DNA of 46,877 nt from a virus (lineage: Duplodnaviria; Caudoviricetes), in IMG/VR virus record IMGVR_UViG_3300031949_000066, positions 1 through 46,877 of that record. One strand, written 5' to 3'. The position numbers and the translations under genes were made by a program. Under the pieces are notes generated by a model, which had not been told where the DNA came from, made no database searches, and saw only the letters and a program-made list of their open reading frames with translations. Positions 1-6,921 of this stretch are shown here, piece by piece (positions within the stretch are counted from its first letter, which is position 1; each line of letters opens with the position of its first letter).

Positions 1-262
1 GGACTTGACCCGTGCGAACTTGACCTATGCGAACTTGACCGATGCGAACTTGACCGATGCGAACTTGACCTATGCGGACTTGACCCGTGCGAACTTGACC
101 CGTGCGGACTTGACCTATGCGGACTTGACCCGTGCGAACTTGACCGATGCGAACTTGACCGATGCGAACTTGACCGATGCGAACTTGACCGATGCGAACT
201 TGACCAATGCGGACTTGACCCGTGCGGACTTGACCTATGCGGACTTGACCCGTGCGGACTTG
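1..262 (+). repeat. 15-bp tandem repeat GCG(A/G)ACTTGACC(CGT/GAT/TAT/AAT), about 17 units
   Basis: Read directly from the sequence. Confidence 0.97.
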
Positions 263-439
263 GATTTTTCTTCATGGCCGCTATGGTGTGGTTCACTAAA
301 GGCGAAATTAGACGACAGGTTAAAAGTACAATTATTATACCACTTATTATCAGTCGCCCCGGAATATCGGACTAAAAAATTCGTGGCGATTGCAAATAAA
401 TTCCATCGTATGGAGTGCCCGCGCTTGGGGGTAAAATAA
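1..439 (+). CDS. Pentapeptide-repeat protein, C-terminal part (continues from 46436 across the circular join)
   Basis: A(N/D)LT(R/D/Y/N) repeats followed by the unique tail LDFSSWPLWCGSL; the same repeat ends the window. Confidence 0.9.
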   Translation, partial: DLTRANLTYANLTDANLTDANLTYADLTRANLTRADLTYADLTRANLTDANLTDANLTDANLTDANLTNADLTRADLTYADLTRADLDFSSWPLWCGSLKAKLDDRLKVQLLYHLLSVAPEYRTKKFVAIANKFHRMECPRLGVK

Positions 440-440
440 T

Positions 441-587
441 ATGATGTACTTAACGAAACAAGAGCAAGAGCTATACGACCAGTGCCGAGGCAGATGCTCT
501 ATATGTATCTGGCAGGGCGGTTGTGACTTAGAGGACCGCTTGGACGAACCGGATAAAGACCAGTATAAATTATACGCAGAGGACTAA
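441..587 (+). CDS. Small Cys-containing early protein (48 aa, MMYLTKQEQELYDQCRGRCSIC...)
   Basis: Translated by hand; GGGGT Shine-Dalgarno-like site upstream; fills the gap between neighbours. Confidence 0.55.
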   Translation: MMYLTKQEQELYDQCRGRCSICIWQGGCDLEDRLDEPDKDQYKLYAED

Positions 588-588
588 A

Positions 589-795
589 ATGACAAGAAAA
601 GTATTTAACGAATTGGCGGCGGAGTTAAAGCACGCACGACCTAAATCGCCGAGTGACGCGCCGACGGACCCGATATGTACGAACCGTTATATGCAATGGT
701 GCGCAGGCGTTCAAGCGGTAGCGAACGTATGCTTACGGTTTAATCCAGGGTTCGATGAAAACAGGTTTAAAAAGGCTTGCGGGTATGAAGACTAA
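589..795 (+). CDS. Hypothetical early protein
   Basis: GAGGA RBS; C-terminal NPGFDENRFKKAC resembles common small phage early proteins. Confidence 0.75.
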   Translation: MTRKVFNELAAELKHARPKSPSDAPTDPICTNRYMQWCAGVQAVANVCLRFNPGFDENRFKKACGYED

Positions 796-1315
796 AACCA
801 TAAAAGACCTTATCGACTGTGCAGACTGGTATAAGCGGACGTGGGAAAAACTACAGGCTGAATACGGCCCATACGCCCGCCTCATGGCCGGTCTTATCGC
901 GGCAACAAGTCCGCAGCGGGCGGTTAAACACAATTTACAGCTGGCGCGGCAAGTGCTGGAAAAATATTTTTTAGGTGAAGACTGGATTTTTATCGACGGC
1001 CTTTTACCGAACCACGTAACAAACATCAAGCGGATGTTAGCGGGTGAACCGATGAAGGGGTTTAAGGTCCGCGCGTTCTATGAAAATTTAACCGGAAATT
1101 TAAGCGTTCCTACAGTTGACGGGTGGATGTTAAAATACTTTAAATTTAAGGGGTGGATAACGCCGAACCGCTATAAGAAAATCGCGGCTAAAATGGTGCG
1201 GAACGCAAAGCGGCACGGGTTAAAACCCGCAGAGTATCAAGCGATAATTTGGGTTAAGGTGCGCGGCTTGGATACTGCGAACCGGGATATGTTCGATGGG
1301 GTTGACTATGTATAG
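785..1315 (+). CDS. Phage protein, DUF7178-like (HhH DNA glycosylase-like motifs)
   Basis: WY...AGLIAATSPQ...N, KVRAFYENL, TVDGWM and PAEYQAIIW motifs; ATG 785 chosen. Confidence 0.65.
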   Translation: MKTKTIKDLIDCADWYKRTWEKLQAEYGPYARLMAGLIAATSPQRAVKHNLQLARQVLEKYFLGEDWIFIDGLLPNHVTNIKRMLAGEPMKGFKVRAFYENLTGNLSVPTVDGWMLKYFKFKGWITPNRYKKIAAKMVRNAKRHGLKPAEYQAIIWVKVRGLDTANRDMFDGVDYV

Positions 1316-1396
1316 ACGCGGCTCTCTAATATGGACCTTGTTTATCGTGGTTATAGTTGTGGCTATTATGTTCCTAATTTTATCGGAGTGTGTAAA

Positions 1397-1573
1397 ATGA
1401 AGACTATAAGGCCCGTTATAGACGGCTATTGTGTTGACTGCCCCGCGTATAATGGGGAGTATATGGTGTGCAATATCACACGAACGAAATGCCCGTCTGT
1501 AAACGAAGATGGGGACGTGTTTACTACCCCGCTGGATTGCCCAGCACGGGAAGGGTTTACTGTAAAAATTTAA
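1397..1573 (+). CDS. Small Cys-rich protein (CxxCP...C...CP...CP)
   Basis: GGAG RBS before ATG 1397. Confidence 0.6.
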   Translation: MKTIRPVIDGYCVDCPAYNGEYMVCNITRTKCPSVNEDGDVFTTPLDCPAREGFTVKI

Positions 1574-1582
1574 GGGGGTAAA

Positions 1583-1819
1583 ATGACACCATCAGAATTA
1601 AAAGAGCGGGTAACACAAATCGGAAACTGGTATTTTAGCCGGTCCTCTATGAAGTTTTTCGGCGATACGATGTCGAACTACGGGGTCCGCAGCAAGCCTG
1701 TAAAGATAAACGGGGTGGACTGCTGGGAACTGTACAGGAAAAAATCAGTACGCGGCGGCTTGAGCGGGTCCGCGTATTTTAATTGCGAAACTTTTGAGCG
1801 GGTCCATAAATTAGCATAA
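1583..1819 (+). CDS. Hypothetical early protein
   Basis: AAGGGGGT RBS; YFSRSSMKFFGD motif typical of small phage early proteins. Confidence 0.75.
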   Translation: MTPSELKERVTQIGNWYFSRSSMKFFGDTMSNYGVRSKPVKINGVDCWELYRKKSVRGGLSGSAYFNCETFERVHKLA

Positions 1820-1830
1820 CAAGGGGTAGT

Positions 1831-2058
1831 ATGAAAAAACTCACAAACAATCGAAGTGAAAAGCCGGGTACGTTTTACATCGAAGAAAGCCCGTCGTGTC
1901 TGGGCAAGGGCCTTGCTAAAATTGTTATTACGCGGTTCGACGGCTCACAGCATGTCGATTACCCAGTGCAGTATATGGATGGTAGTTTCGGGTATGATTT
2001 TCCAGAGCGTGTCCCGGCAGAAGTTCACAAAGCAATGAAAGAGAGGTTCACGATATGA
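1831..2058 (+). CDS. Hypothetical early protein
   Basis: AAGGGGT RBS; operon packing. Confidence 0.65.
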   Translation: MKKLTNNRSEKPGTFYIEESPSCLGKGLAKIVITRFDGSQHVDYPVQYMDGSFGYDFPERVPAEVHKAMKERFTI

Positions 2059-2222
2059 AAAAGTACGTTGTACTACAGTTTACAAGAGGGTGTAGCGGCT
2101 GTGCAGTGGTGGAACGGTTCACAGAAGCGGATAAAGAGAAGAAACCCCGTGAAGTAGCGGACTTTAACATCGAACACGCTACCCAGTTGCCTTATCGGGG
2201 GGTCTATGAAGACAAGCCCTGA
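2055..2222 (+). CDS. Small hypothetical protein (55 aa, CSGC)
   Basis: ATGA overlap with the previous stop; GAGG RBS; translated by hand. Confidence 0.5.
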   Translation: MKKYVVLQFTRGCSGCAVVERFTEADKEKKPREVADFNIEHATQLPYRGVYEDKP

Positions 2223-2394
2223 AGTCTGTATTGTGAAGCACTGCCGCAACTCACCGGATATGTCCTATAATGTAAACGGTGTATCGCTCCCTGTGTGCAT
2301 GGACTGCTGGGAAGCTCACACTGAAAAGAAGATAAACCTCGTGGAGTATGCGATTCCAAACGTAGCGGCTCACGATGCCGCAGAAAGAGAGTAA
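2206..2394 (+). CDS. Small putative zinc-binding protein (CxxxxC...CxxC)
   Basis: GGGGGT RBS; Cys pairs. Confidence 0.6.
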   Translation: MKTSPEVCIVKHCRNSPDMSYNVNGVSLPVCMDCWEAHTEKKINLVEYAIPNVAAHDAAERE

Positions 2395-2398
2395 GAAC

Positions 2399-2560
2399 AT
2401 GAGTGAAGAAGCTCGGGAATTCATGGCGCATTTAAAAGAATATATCCGCTGTGTTGCAAGTGACGCAGTTCCGGGTGATTGCGACAATAGCTGTGCGGGT
2501 ATGTCGTCTTACGGAGCGGAGCAAAAGTTAGATTATGCGGCGAAGAAGCTGTTTAAATAA
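2399..2560 (+). CDS. Hypothetical protein
   Basis: ATG 2399 follows the previous stop; last gene before an AT-rich gap. Confidence 0.55.
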   Translation: MSEEAREFMAHLKEYIRCVASDAVPGDCDNSCAGMSSYGAEQKLDYAAKKLFK

Positions 2561-2584
2561 TTATTTACAGATTTTTAGTAGTTT

Positions 2585-2619
2585 ACCTTAATTTTACGTC
2601 AGTTTTACACCTATATATG
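2585..2619 (+). promoter_or_regulatory. Putative phage-specific promoter/operator, copy 1 (ACCTTAA-N5-YGTCAGTTTT-N4-CTATATATG)
   Basis: Same blocks and spacing as 43299-43333 (-); directly upstream of the replication operon. Confidence 0.7.
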
Positions 2620-2633
2620 TAAGGGAGACAGTT

Positions 2634-3014
2634 ATGGCAGACAAAAGAATCATATCAGAACGTCAGGAAGCGGCTTACAGGTACGTCTCGCATGACTTCG
2701 ATTGCCTCACGGTCGAAGAAGCCGCAAAGAAAATGGGCATAACCGCCTCGGCGGTAAGCCAACTGCTGAAAAGCATGGAAGCCGTCGCCCACCAGTTATT
2801 CCCGCTGCTCACGCGGCAAGAGCGTGACGTTCTGGAAATGCTGGAATCGAACCTCACAGTAAAGCAGATTGCCCCAGCGGTTAAGCTCACGGAGCGACAG
2901 GTTCATCGAATAGTGGACTCGCTCACGGAAAAGAAAAAATGGTTCCCCGGTTCACCCGCTAAAACGGTTAGCTACTCACCGGCGATGGAGCGGCATGTCG
3001 TAAAAAAGTTTTAA
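2634..3014 (+). CDS. Tandem helix-turn-helix regulator (sigma70 region 4 / LuxR-like)
   Basis: Two HTH units: ISERQEAAY...LTVEEAAKKMGITASAVSQLL and LTRQERDVL...LTVKQIAPAVKLTERQVHRIV. Confidence 0.8.
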   Translation: MADKRIISERQEAAYRYVSHDFDCLTVEEAAKKMGITASAVSQLLKSMEAVAHQLFPLLTRQERDVLEMLESNLTVKQIAPAVKLTERQVHRIVDSLTEKKKWFPGSPAKTVSYSPAMERHVVKKF

Positions 3015-3027
3015 TTGGAGATTTAAC

Positions 3028-3747
3028 TTGGAGACGAAAGACACGAACCCGAAGGACGCGGTAGGCGTGAAGAAGTGGCGGCAATTTTGCACGGTGCCGT
3101 TCCCGCCTATCTGGGAAATTGGAGTGGCTATGCTCGAAGGTGCGAGAAAATACGGGCGGCATAATTACCGCGTTGCGGGTGTGCGGGCCTCTGTTTATGT
3201 AGATGCTGCGATGGGTCACATAGCCCAGTGGTGGGAAGGTGAAGACGTTGACCCTGATAGCGGATTGAGCCATATCACGAAGGCCCTGGCTACGCTTGTG
3301 GTGATGCGTGACGCCATGCTGAACGATAAGTTCTTCGATGATAGACCGCCGAAGGTAAAGCTGTCTGAAATTCGTGCGGATTTACAGGAGAAGGTGAATA
3401 AAATCATGGAGCAGATACCAGATGCGAAGGAACCATTTTTAGCACAGTGCCCACCCCCTGCTGGTACAGCCGGGCAAGGCCCGGTACAGGTGTCACCGAA
3501 GGCACAGGTGGACCTCACGAAGTTCCCGTACACCGTGACAGAGGAAGAGCGATTTCTTGCCCAGGTCAGCGCGAAACAGATGACGGCAATGGGGTACACC
3601 TACCTGGCTAACGCAGAGATGTCAAAGCGGGACCGTTCTGCCAAAGTCTTTGAACCCGAAGCGAAACCAGCGGGCCTCACCACTGAAATCCTGCGTAAGC
3701 TCGGGTTTAAATGGAACGGAATTTCACAGGTCTGGGAGTCACGCTAA
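3028..3747 (+). CDS. dATP/dGTP diphosphohydrolase N-terminal-like (DUF5664) domain protein
   Basis: TNPKDAVGVKK...GARKYGRHNYR...YVDAAMGH...WWEGEDVDPDSGLSH signature. Confidence 0.85.
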   Translation: METKDTNPKDAVGVKKWRQFCTVPFPPIWEIGVAMLEGARKYGRHNYRVAGVRASVYVDAAMGHIAQWWEGEDVDPDSGLSHITKALATLVVMRDAMLNDKFFDDRPPKVKLSEIRADLQEKVNKIMEQIPDAKEPFLAQCPPPAGTAGQGPVQVSPKAQVDLTKFPYTVTEEERFLAQVSAKQMTAMGYTYLANAEMSKRDRSAKVFEPEAKPAGLTTEILRKLGFKWNGISQVWESR

Positions 3748-3947
3748 TGTTTACCTGGTTACGCTACCTTAAAAAATACTTTTCTTGTCTCCTTTCCTAC
3801 AAACGACCCAGGGGTGTGTTTCCGGTACGCCGGAACACTCGCCCAGGTCGGAACGAACCTTGCCGATGCGGATGCGGGAAGAAGTACAAGGCTCACCTGT
3901 GGCAGGAAGACGAGTCATCGTTACGAGATTACGGAAGGATTTACTGA
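3747..3947 (+). CDS. Small SEC-C motif protein
   Basis: GRNEPCRCGCGKKYKAH; TAATG and TGATG coupling on both sides. Confidence 0.75.
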   Translation: MFTWLRYLKKYFSCLLSYKRPRGVFPVRRNTRPGRNEPCRCGCGKKYKAHLWQEDESSLRDYGRIY

Positions 3948-4339
3948 TGCTTAAACTCTATTTATCCCATCCGATTACAGGGCTGCCCGGCACGACCAAA
4001 GACCAGCGAAGTGACCTGCTAACGCGGGCTATCGCGTTCGGTAAAAAGCTCCGTGAGTGCGGGTACGATGTTCATGTCCCCGCTGATTGCGAAGGATTTG
4101 TGGAAGTTGCTCACTCCATGTCGATGCTCACAGTAGACGACATCCTGGCTGTGGACTGCAACATAATCAACATGTGTGACGGCGTTGTGTTCCTGAACTT
4201 ACAGGGCACCTTCAGTCACGGCATGGAAGTCGAGTTTAAACACGCTGTGAAGCAAGGTAAAAGGATGGTAACGATACCGTCAGGGATGGAACACTCATCA
4301 GTTGAGCTACTCACTATGATTTTGAAAGGCGGGCTATGA
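3947..4339 (+). CDS. Nucleoside 2-deoxyribosyltransferase-like protein
   Basis: KLYLSHPITG...GYDVHVP...DCNIINMCDGVV...SHGMEVEFKHA...GK. Confidence 0.75.
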   Translation: MLKLYLSHPITGLPGTTKDQRSDLLTRAIAFGKKLRECGYDVHVPADCEGFVEVAHSMSMLTVDDILAVDCNIINMCDGVVFLNLQGTFSHGMEVEFKHAVKQGKRMVTIPSGMEHSSVELLTMILKGGL

Positions 4340-5034
4340 GAGTTTTGGTTATAGGTGACACACACTTAAAAGCTGTGCGTAAAGGCTATCTTCAGTTCTG
4401 CAAAGACGTACAGAAAGAATTTCGCTGCGATACTACCGTTCATATCGGGGACTTAGTGGATTGCCACGCAGTGTCCTTTCACCCTGCTCATCCTGACGCA
4501 CCAGGGCCAAAGGACGAAATTGAACAGACAAGAGAAGCAGTTCAGGCGTGGTACAAGGCGTTCCCGGCGTTGAAGATATGTGTGGGGAACCATGATGCCA
4601 GGTTCATACGCCTGGCCGCCACGGTAAAGATACCCGACATTATCTTGCGGTCCCATAACGAAATTTGGCAAACACCGAAGTGGACCTGGAAAGATGACTA
4701 TATTATCGACGGCGTTTACTATACGCATGGCGACGGAGCGGGCGGTGGATTATACCCGGCGTATAATATGATGCGGAAAATAGCGATGCCGGTCGTGATG
4801 GGCCACCATCATTCCGCTTGCGGCGTTAAGTTCCTGGTAAATCCTGAGCGTCGTTTGTTCGGCTGTGATGTAGGCTGTGGGGTCGATGATAAAGCGGTAA
4901 ACATGCTGTACATGGAAAAGAGCAAGATACGTTCTGTTATTTCCTGTGCTACAGTTATTGACGGCATACCCCAAGTACATATTATGGCCGCTTGTAAGGG
5001 TGAGAAATACCATGACAGCCGTTTTAAGGTTTAG
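4336..5034 (+). CDS. Calcineurin-like metallophosphoesterase
   Basis: IGDTH, HIGDLVD, GNHD, THG and MGHHH motifs. Confidence 0.9.
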   Translation: MRVLVIGDTHLKAVRKGYLQFCKDVQKEFRCDTTVHIGDLVDCHAVSFHPAHPDAPGPKDEIEQTREAVQAWYKAFPALKICVGNHDARFIRLAATVKIPDIILRSHNEIWQTPKWTWKDDYIIDGVYYTHGDGAGGGLYPAYNMMRKIAMPVVMGHHHSACGVKFLVNPERRLFGCDVGCGVDDKAVNMLYMEKSKIRSVISCATVIDGIPQVHIMAACKGEKYHDSRFKV

Positions 5035-5488
5035 GAAATGTGCCGAGTGTAAGAGGCCGTATCCTGAAACAGACAAGTTTTTTAACCGGCACATAAGGGG
5101 AAAAGGCGGTTGGTACTACATCTGTAAAAAGTGCAAGTGTGCAAAAGAGAAGCAACGGCGCAAAATAAACCCTAACATGGACAGGACGAACAGGTTTAGG
5201 TTAAAGTATGGTATAACTTATGAGCATTATTTATTGATGTTGGAACAAGCGGGGCATAAATGCGCCATTTGCAATAAAGAAGAAACAGAGATACAACAGC
5301 CATCAAAGAAAGTTAAAATGTTATCGGTAGACCATGACCACGCAACAGGCGAGGTACGCGGTTTATTGTGTGGACGCTGTAATAAGGCCGTCGGGCTATT
5401 TAGTGACGATGTAAAACTGTTAGACAGCGCAATAAAATACCTGACGATGGGTAAGGGCGAACGGTACAACGATAGGAATTTTAAATGA
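5012..5488 (+). CDS. Endonuclease VII-type (HNH-like) putative homing endonuclease
   Basis: N-terminal CxxC...CxxC; KYGIT...CAIC...VDHDHATGEVRGLLCGRCN. Confidence 0.9.
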   Translation: MTAVLRFRKCAECKRPYPETDKFFNRHIRGKGGWYYICKKCKCAKEKQRRKINPNMDRTNRFRLKYGITYEHYLLMLEQAGHKCAICNKEETEIQQPSKKVKMLSVDHDHATGEVRGLLCGRCNKAVGLFSDDVKLLDSAIKYLTMGKGERYNDRNFK

Positions 5489-5736
5489 AAAACGGCGACG
5501 TAGTAAAATTTAAACTGCTAATACGCGGACCTCTTGGAAATGAATGGTGGGAACAGGACGAGCGTATAGTAGGTACACAGACTTCAGTTCGCGGGCATGG
5601 TTTACAGCCTGAGTTTACAGGAGATATTGAAAAGTGGGGACGCGAACTTATCGCCTGGTTTAATAAAGATGAACCGGCTGACAGACACAGAGCGTTCATT
5701 AGAGCGGAGTTAATTAACGATGAGCAAGGGGAGTAA
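5485..5736 (+). CDS. Hypothetical protein
   Basis: ATGA coupling with the previous gene. Confidence 0.65.
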   Translation: MKNGDVVKFKLLIRGPLGNEWWEQDERIVGTQTSVRGHGLQPEFTGDIEKWGRELIAWFNKDEPADRHRAFIRAELINDEQGE

Positions 5737-5902
5737 ACGTCGCCCGTGTGCAGTTCCGGCGTGGCTGGAAGTATTCAGATGGGCGAGGGCGTTGGGGCAA
5801 AATGACGGTACACCAGAGTATTTAACTGTGTTAATTAAGCAGCACCCCGAAGACCTAAAATGGCTGACCGGGGAAGAACGGGAGTTGTTAAATGGAAAAT
5901 AA
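5720..5902 (+). CDS. Hypothetical protein (MSKGSKRRP)
   Basis: GGAG RBS; operon packing. Confidence 0.65.
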   Translation: MSKGSKRRPCAVPAWLEVFRWARALGQNDGTPEYLTVLIKQHPEDLKWLTGEERELLNGK

Positions 5903-6518
5903 ATTCGACGGCTCCCGCAGAACAGCGACCGAGATATGCATGATGCAGTACCAGAGGGACGTTTTCTTACGGTCGATGGTTGATAGCTTTGTGCTCGGAC
6001 TCAGGGCATATAAAGTTGACCCAGTATATTTTTGGAAGGATATTAAATTGGATAAGAAAAAGAAGATTAAGTTAGAGGAAACGGTGGCCGGGTGCCAGGA
6101 TAAGTTAGGTACGCTCGAACAGTGCTTGAGTGGTACGCAACGACGCATGGCCCGAATAGAGTACCAGGAACTTCCGGGCATGAGAACAATCGAGCGTAGT
6201 TTGCGAGACGACGTAGCATCGCTTCGCGGCTGCGTTAAACACAACGCCGAAGCCCTGGAAAAACGTATCCTGGCCCTGGAACAAGCCCACTGTGACCACG
6301 ATTATGAAATCGTGGGCGGGAAAGTATCGCAGTTAGCACGCATACATAAGGCCGTACACACGGGTATATTCCACGCTCCTACTGTAGACCTGAAGTGTAC
6401 GAAGTGCGGCAAGACCGAAGTGCGTGAGCTTACCCCGGCGGTCGAGCCGGAGCCGAAACGCTCCTGGTGGTACAAGTTTAAAGCGTGGGCGGCCCCGACA
6501 AGTTTCGGCGTGGAATAA
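5892..6518 (+). CDS. Coiled-coil protein with CxH...CxxC zinc site
   Basis: GGGAG RBS; HCDHDY...KCTKCGK. Confidence 0.7.
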   Translation: MENKFDGSRRTATEICMMQYQRDVFLRSMVDSFVLGLRAYKVDPVYFWKDIKLDKKKKIKLEETVAGCQDKLGTLEQCLSGTQRRMARIEYQELPGMRTIERSLRDDVASLRGCVKHNAEALEKRILALEQAHCDHDYEIVGGKVSQLARIHKAVHTGIFHAPTVDLKCTKCGKTEVRELTPAVEPEPKRSWWYKFKAWAAPTSFGVE

Positions 6519-6519
6519 A

Positions 6520-6921
6520 ATGACTAAACACCGCTTCGGAAATTTCGATAAGCTCCGGGAAGAAACTATCCTGGAAGGCATGGCACAGAACGCCATACGG
6601 TCGCTGCTCACGCACAAGACCGAAGAAGTAAAGCAGTGTGCCCACAGGTGTATCGCTGCTTTCCGGCCTACTGAAATAGACGACCCTGGCCGGCTACCTA
6701 CTGTTCGGCTACAGGACGACCCACCTGACTCCTGGGTACGGCCATACCACTACGCTAAAGAGTCTAAAGCCCTGGTGTTAGAGTGGTGGGCGTATAAAAA
6801 AGGAAACAGTTCAGCGTTAGAAGTAATCGTCAGGTGCAACGTAATAGAGTGGATGTTAGATAACGACTATAAACTCTGGTGTGAAAAAGGAACTGTACCT
6901 TGCGAATCACAGACATCTTAA
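6520..6921 (+). CDS. Hypothetical protein
   Basis: ATG 6520 right after the previous stop. Confidence 0.6.
   Translation: MTKHRFGNFDKLREETILEGMAQNAIRSLLTHKTEEVKQCAHRCIAAFRPTEIDDPGRLPTVRLQDDPPDSWVRPYHYAKESKALVLEWWAYKKGNSSALEVIVRCNVIEWMLDNDYKLWCEKGTVPCESQTS

Noticed and set aside
1-262. 15-bp array as a CRISPR array or DGR variable region
   Set aside because: No unique spacers, it is in-frame coding sequence, and there is no cas operon or reverse transcriptase
3028-3747. 2-aminoadenine (Z) genome
   Set aside because: No PurZ or adenylosuccinate-synthetase-like ORF in an apparently complete genome
5012-5488. Group I intron around the endonuclease VII genes
   Set aside because: No non-coding flanks to hold a ribozyme core; both genes overlap or abut their neighbours
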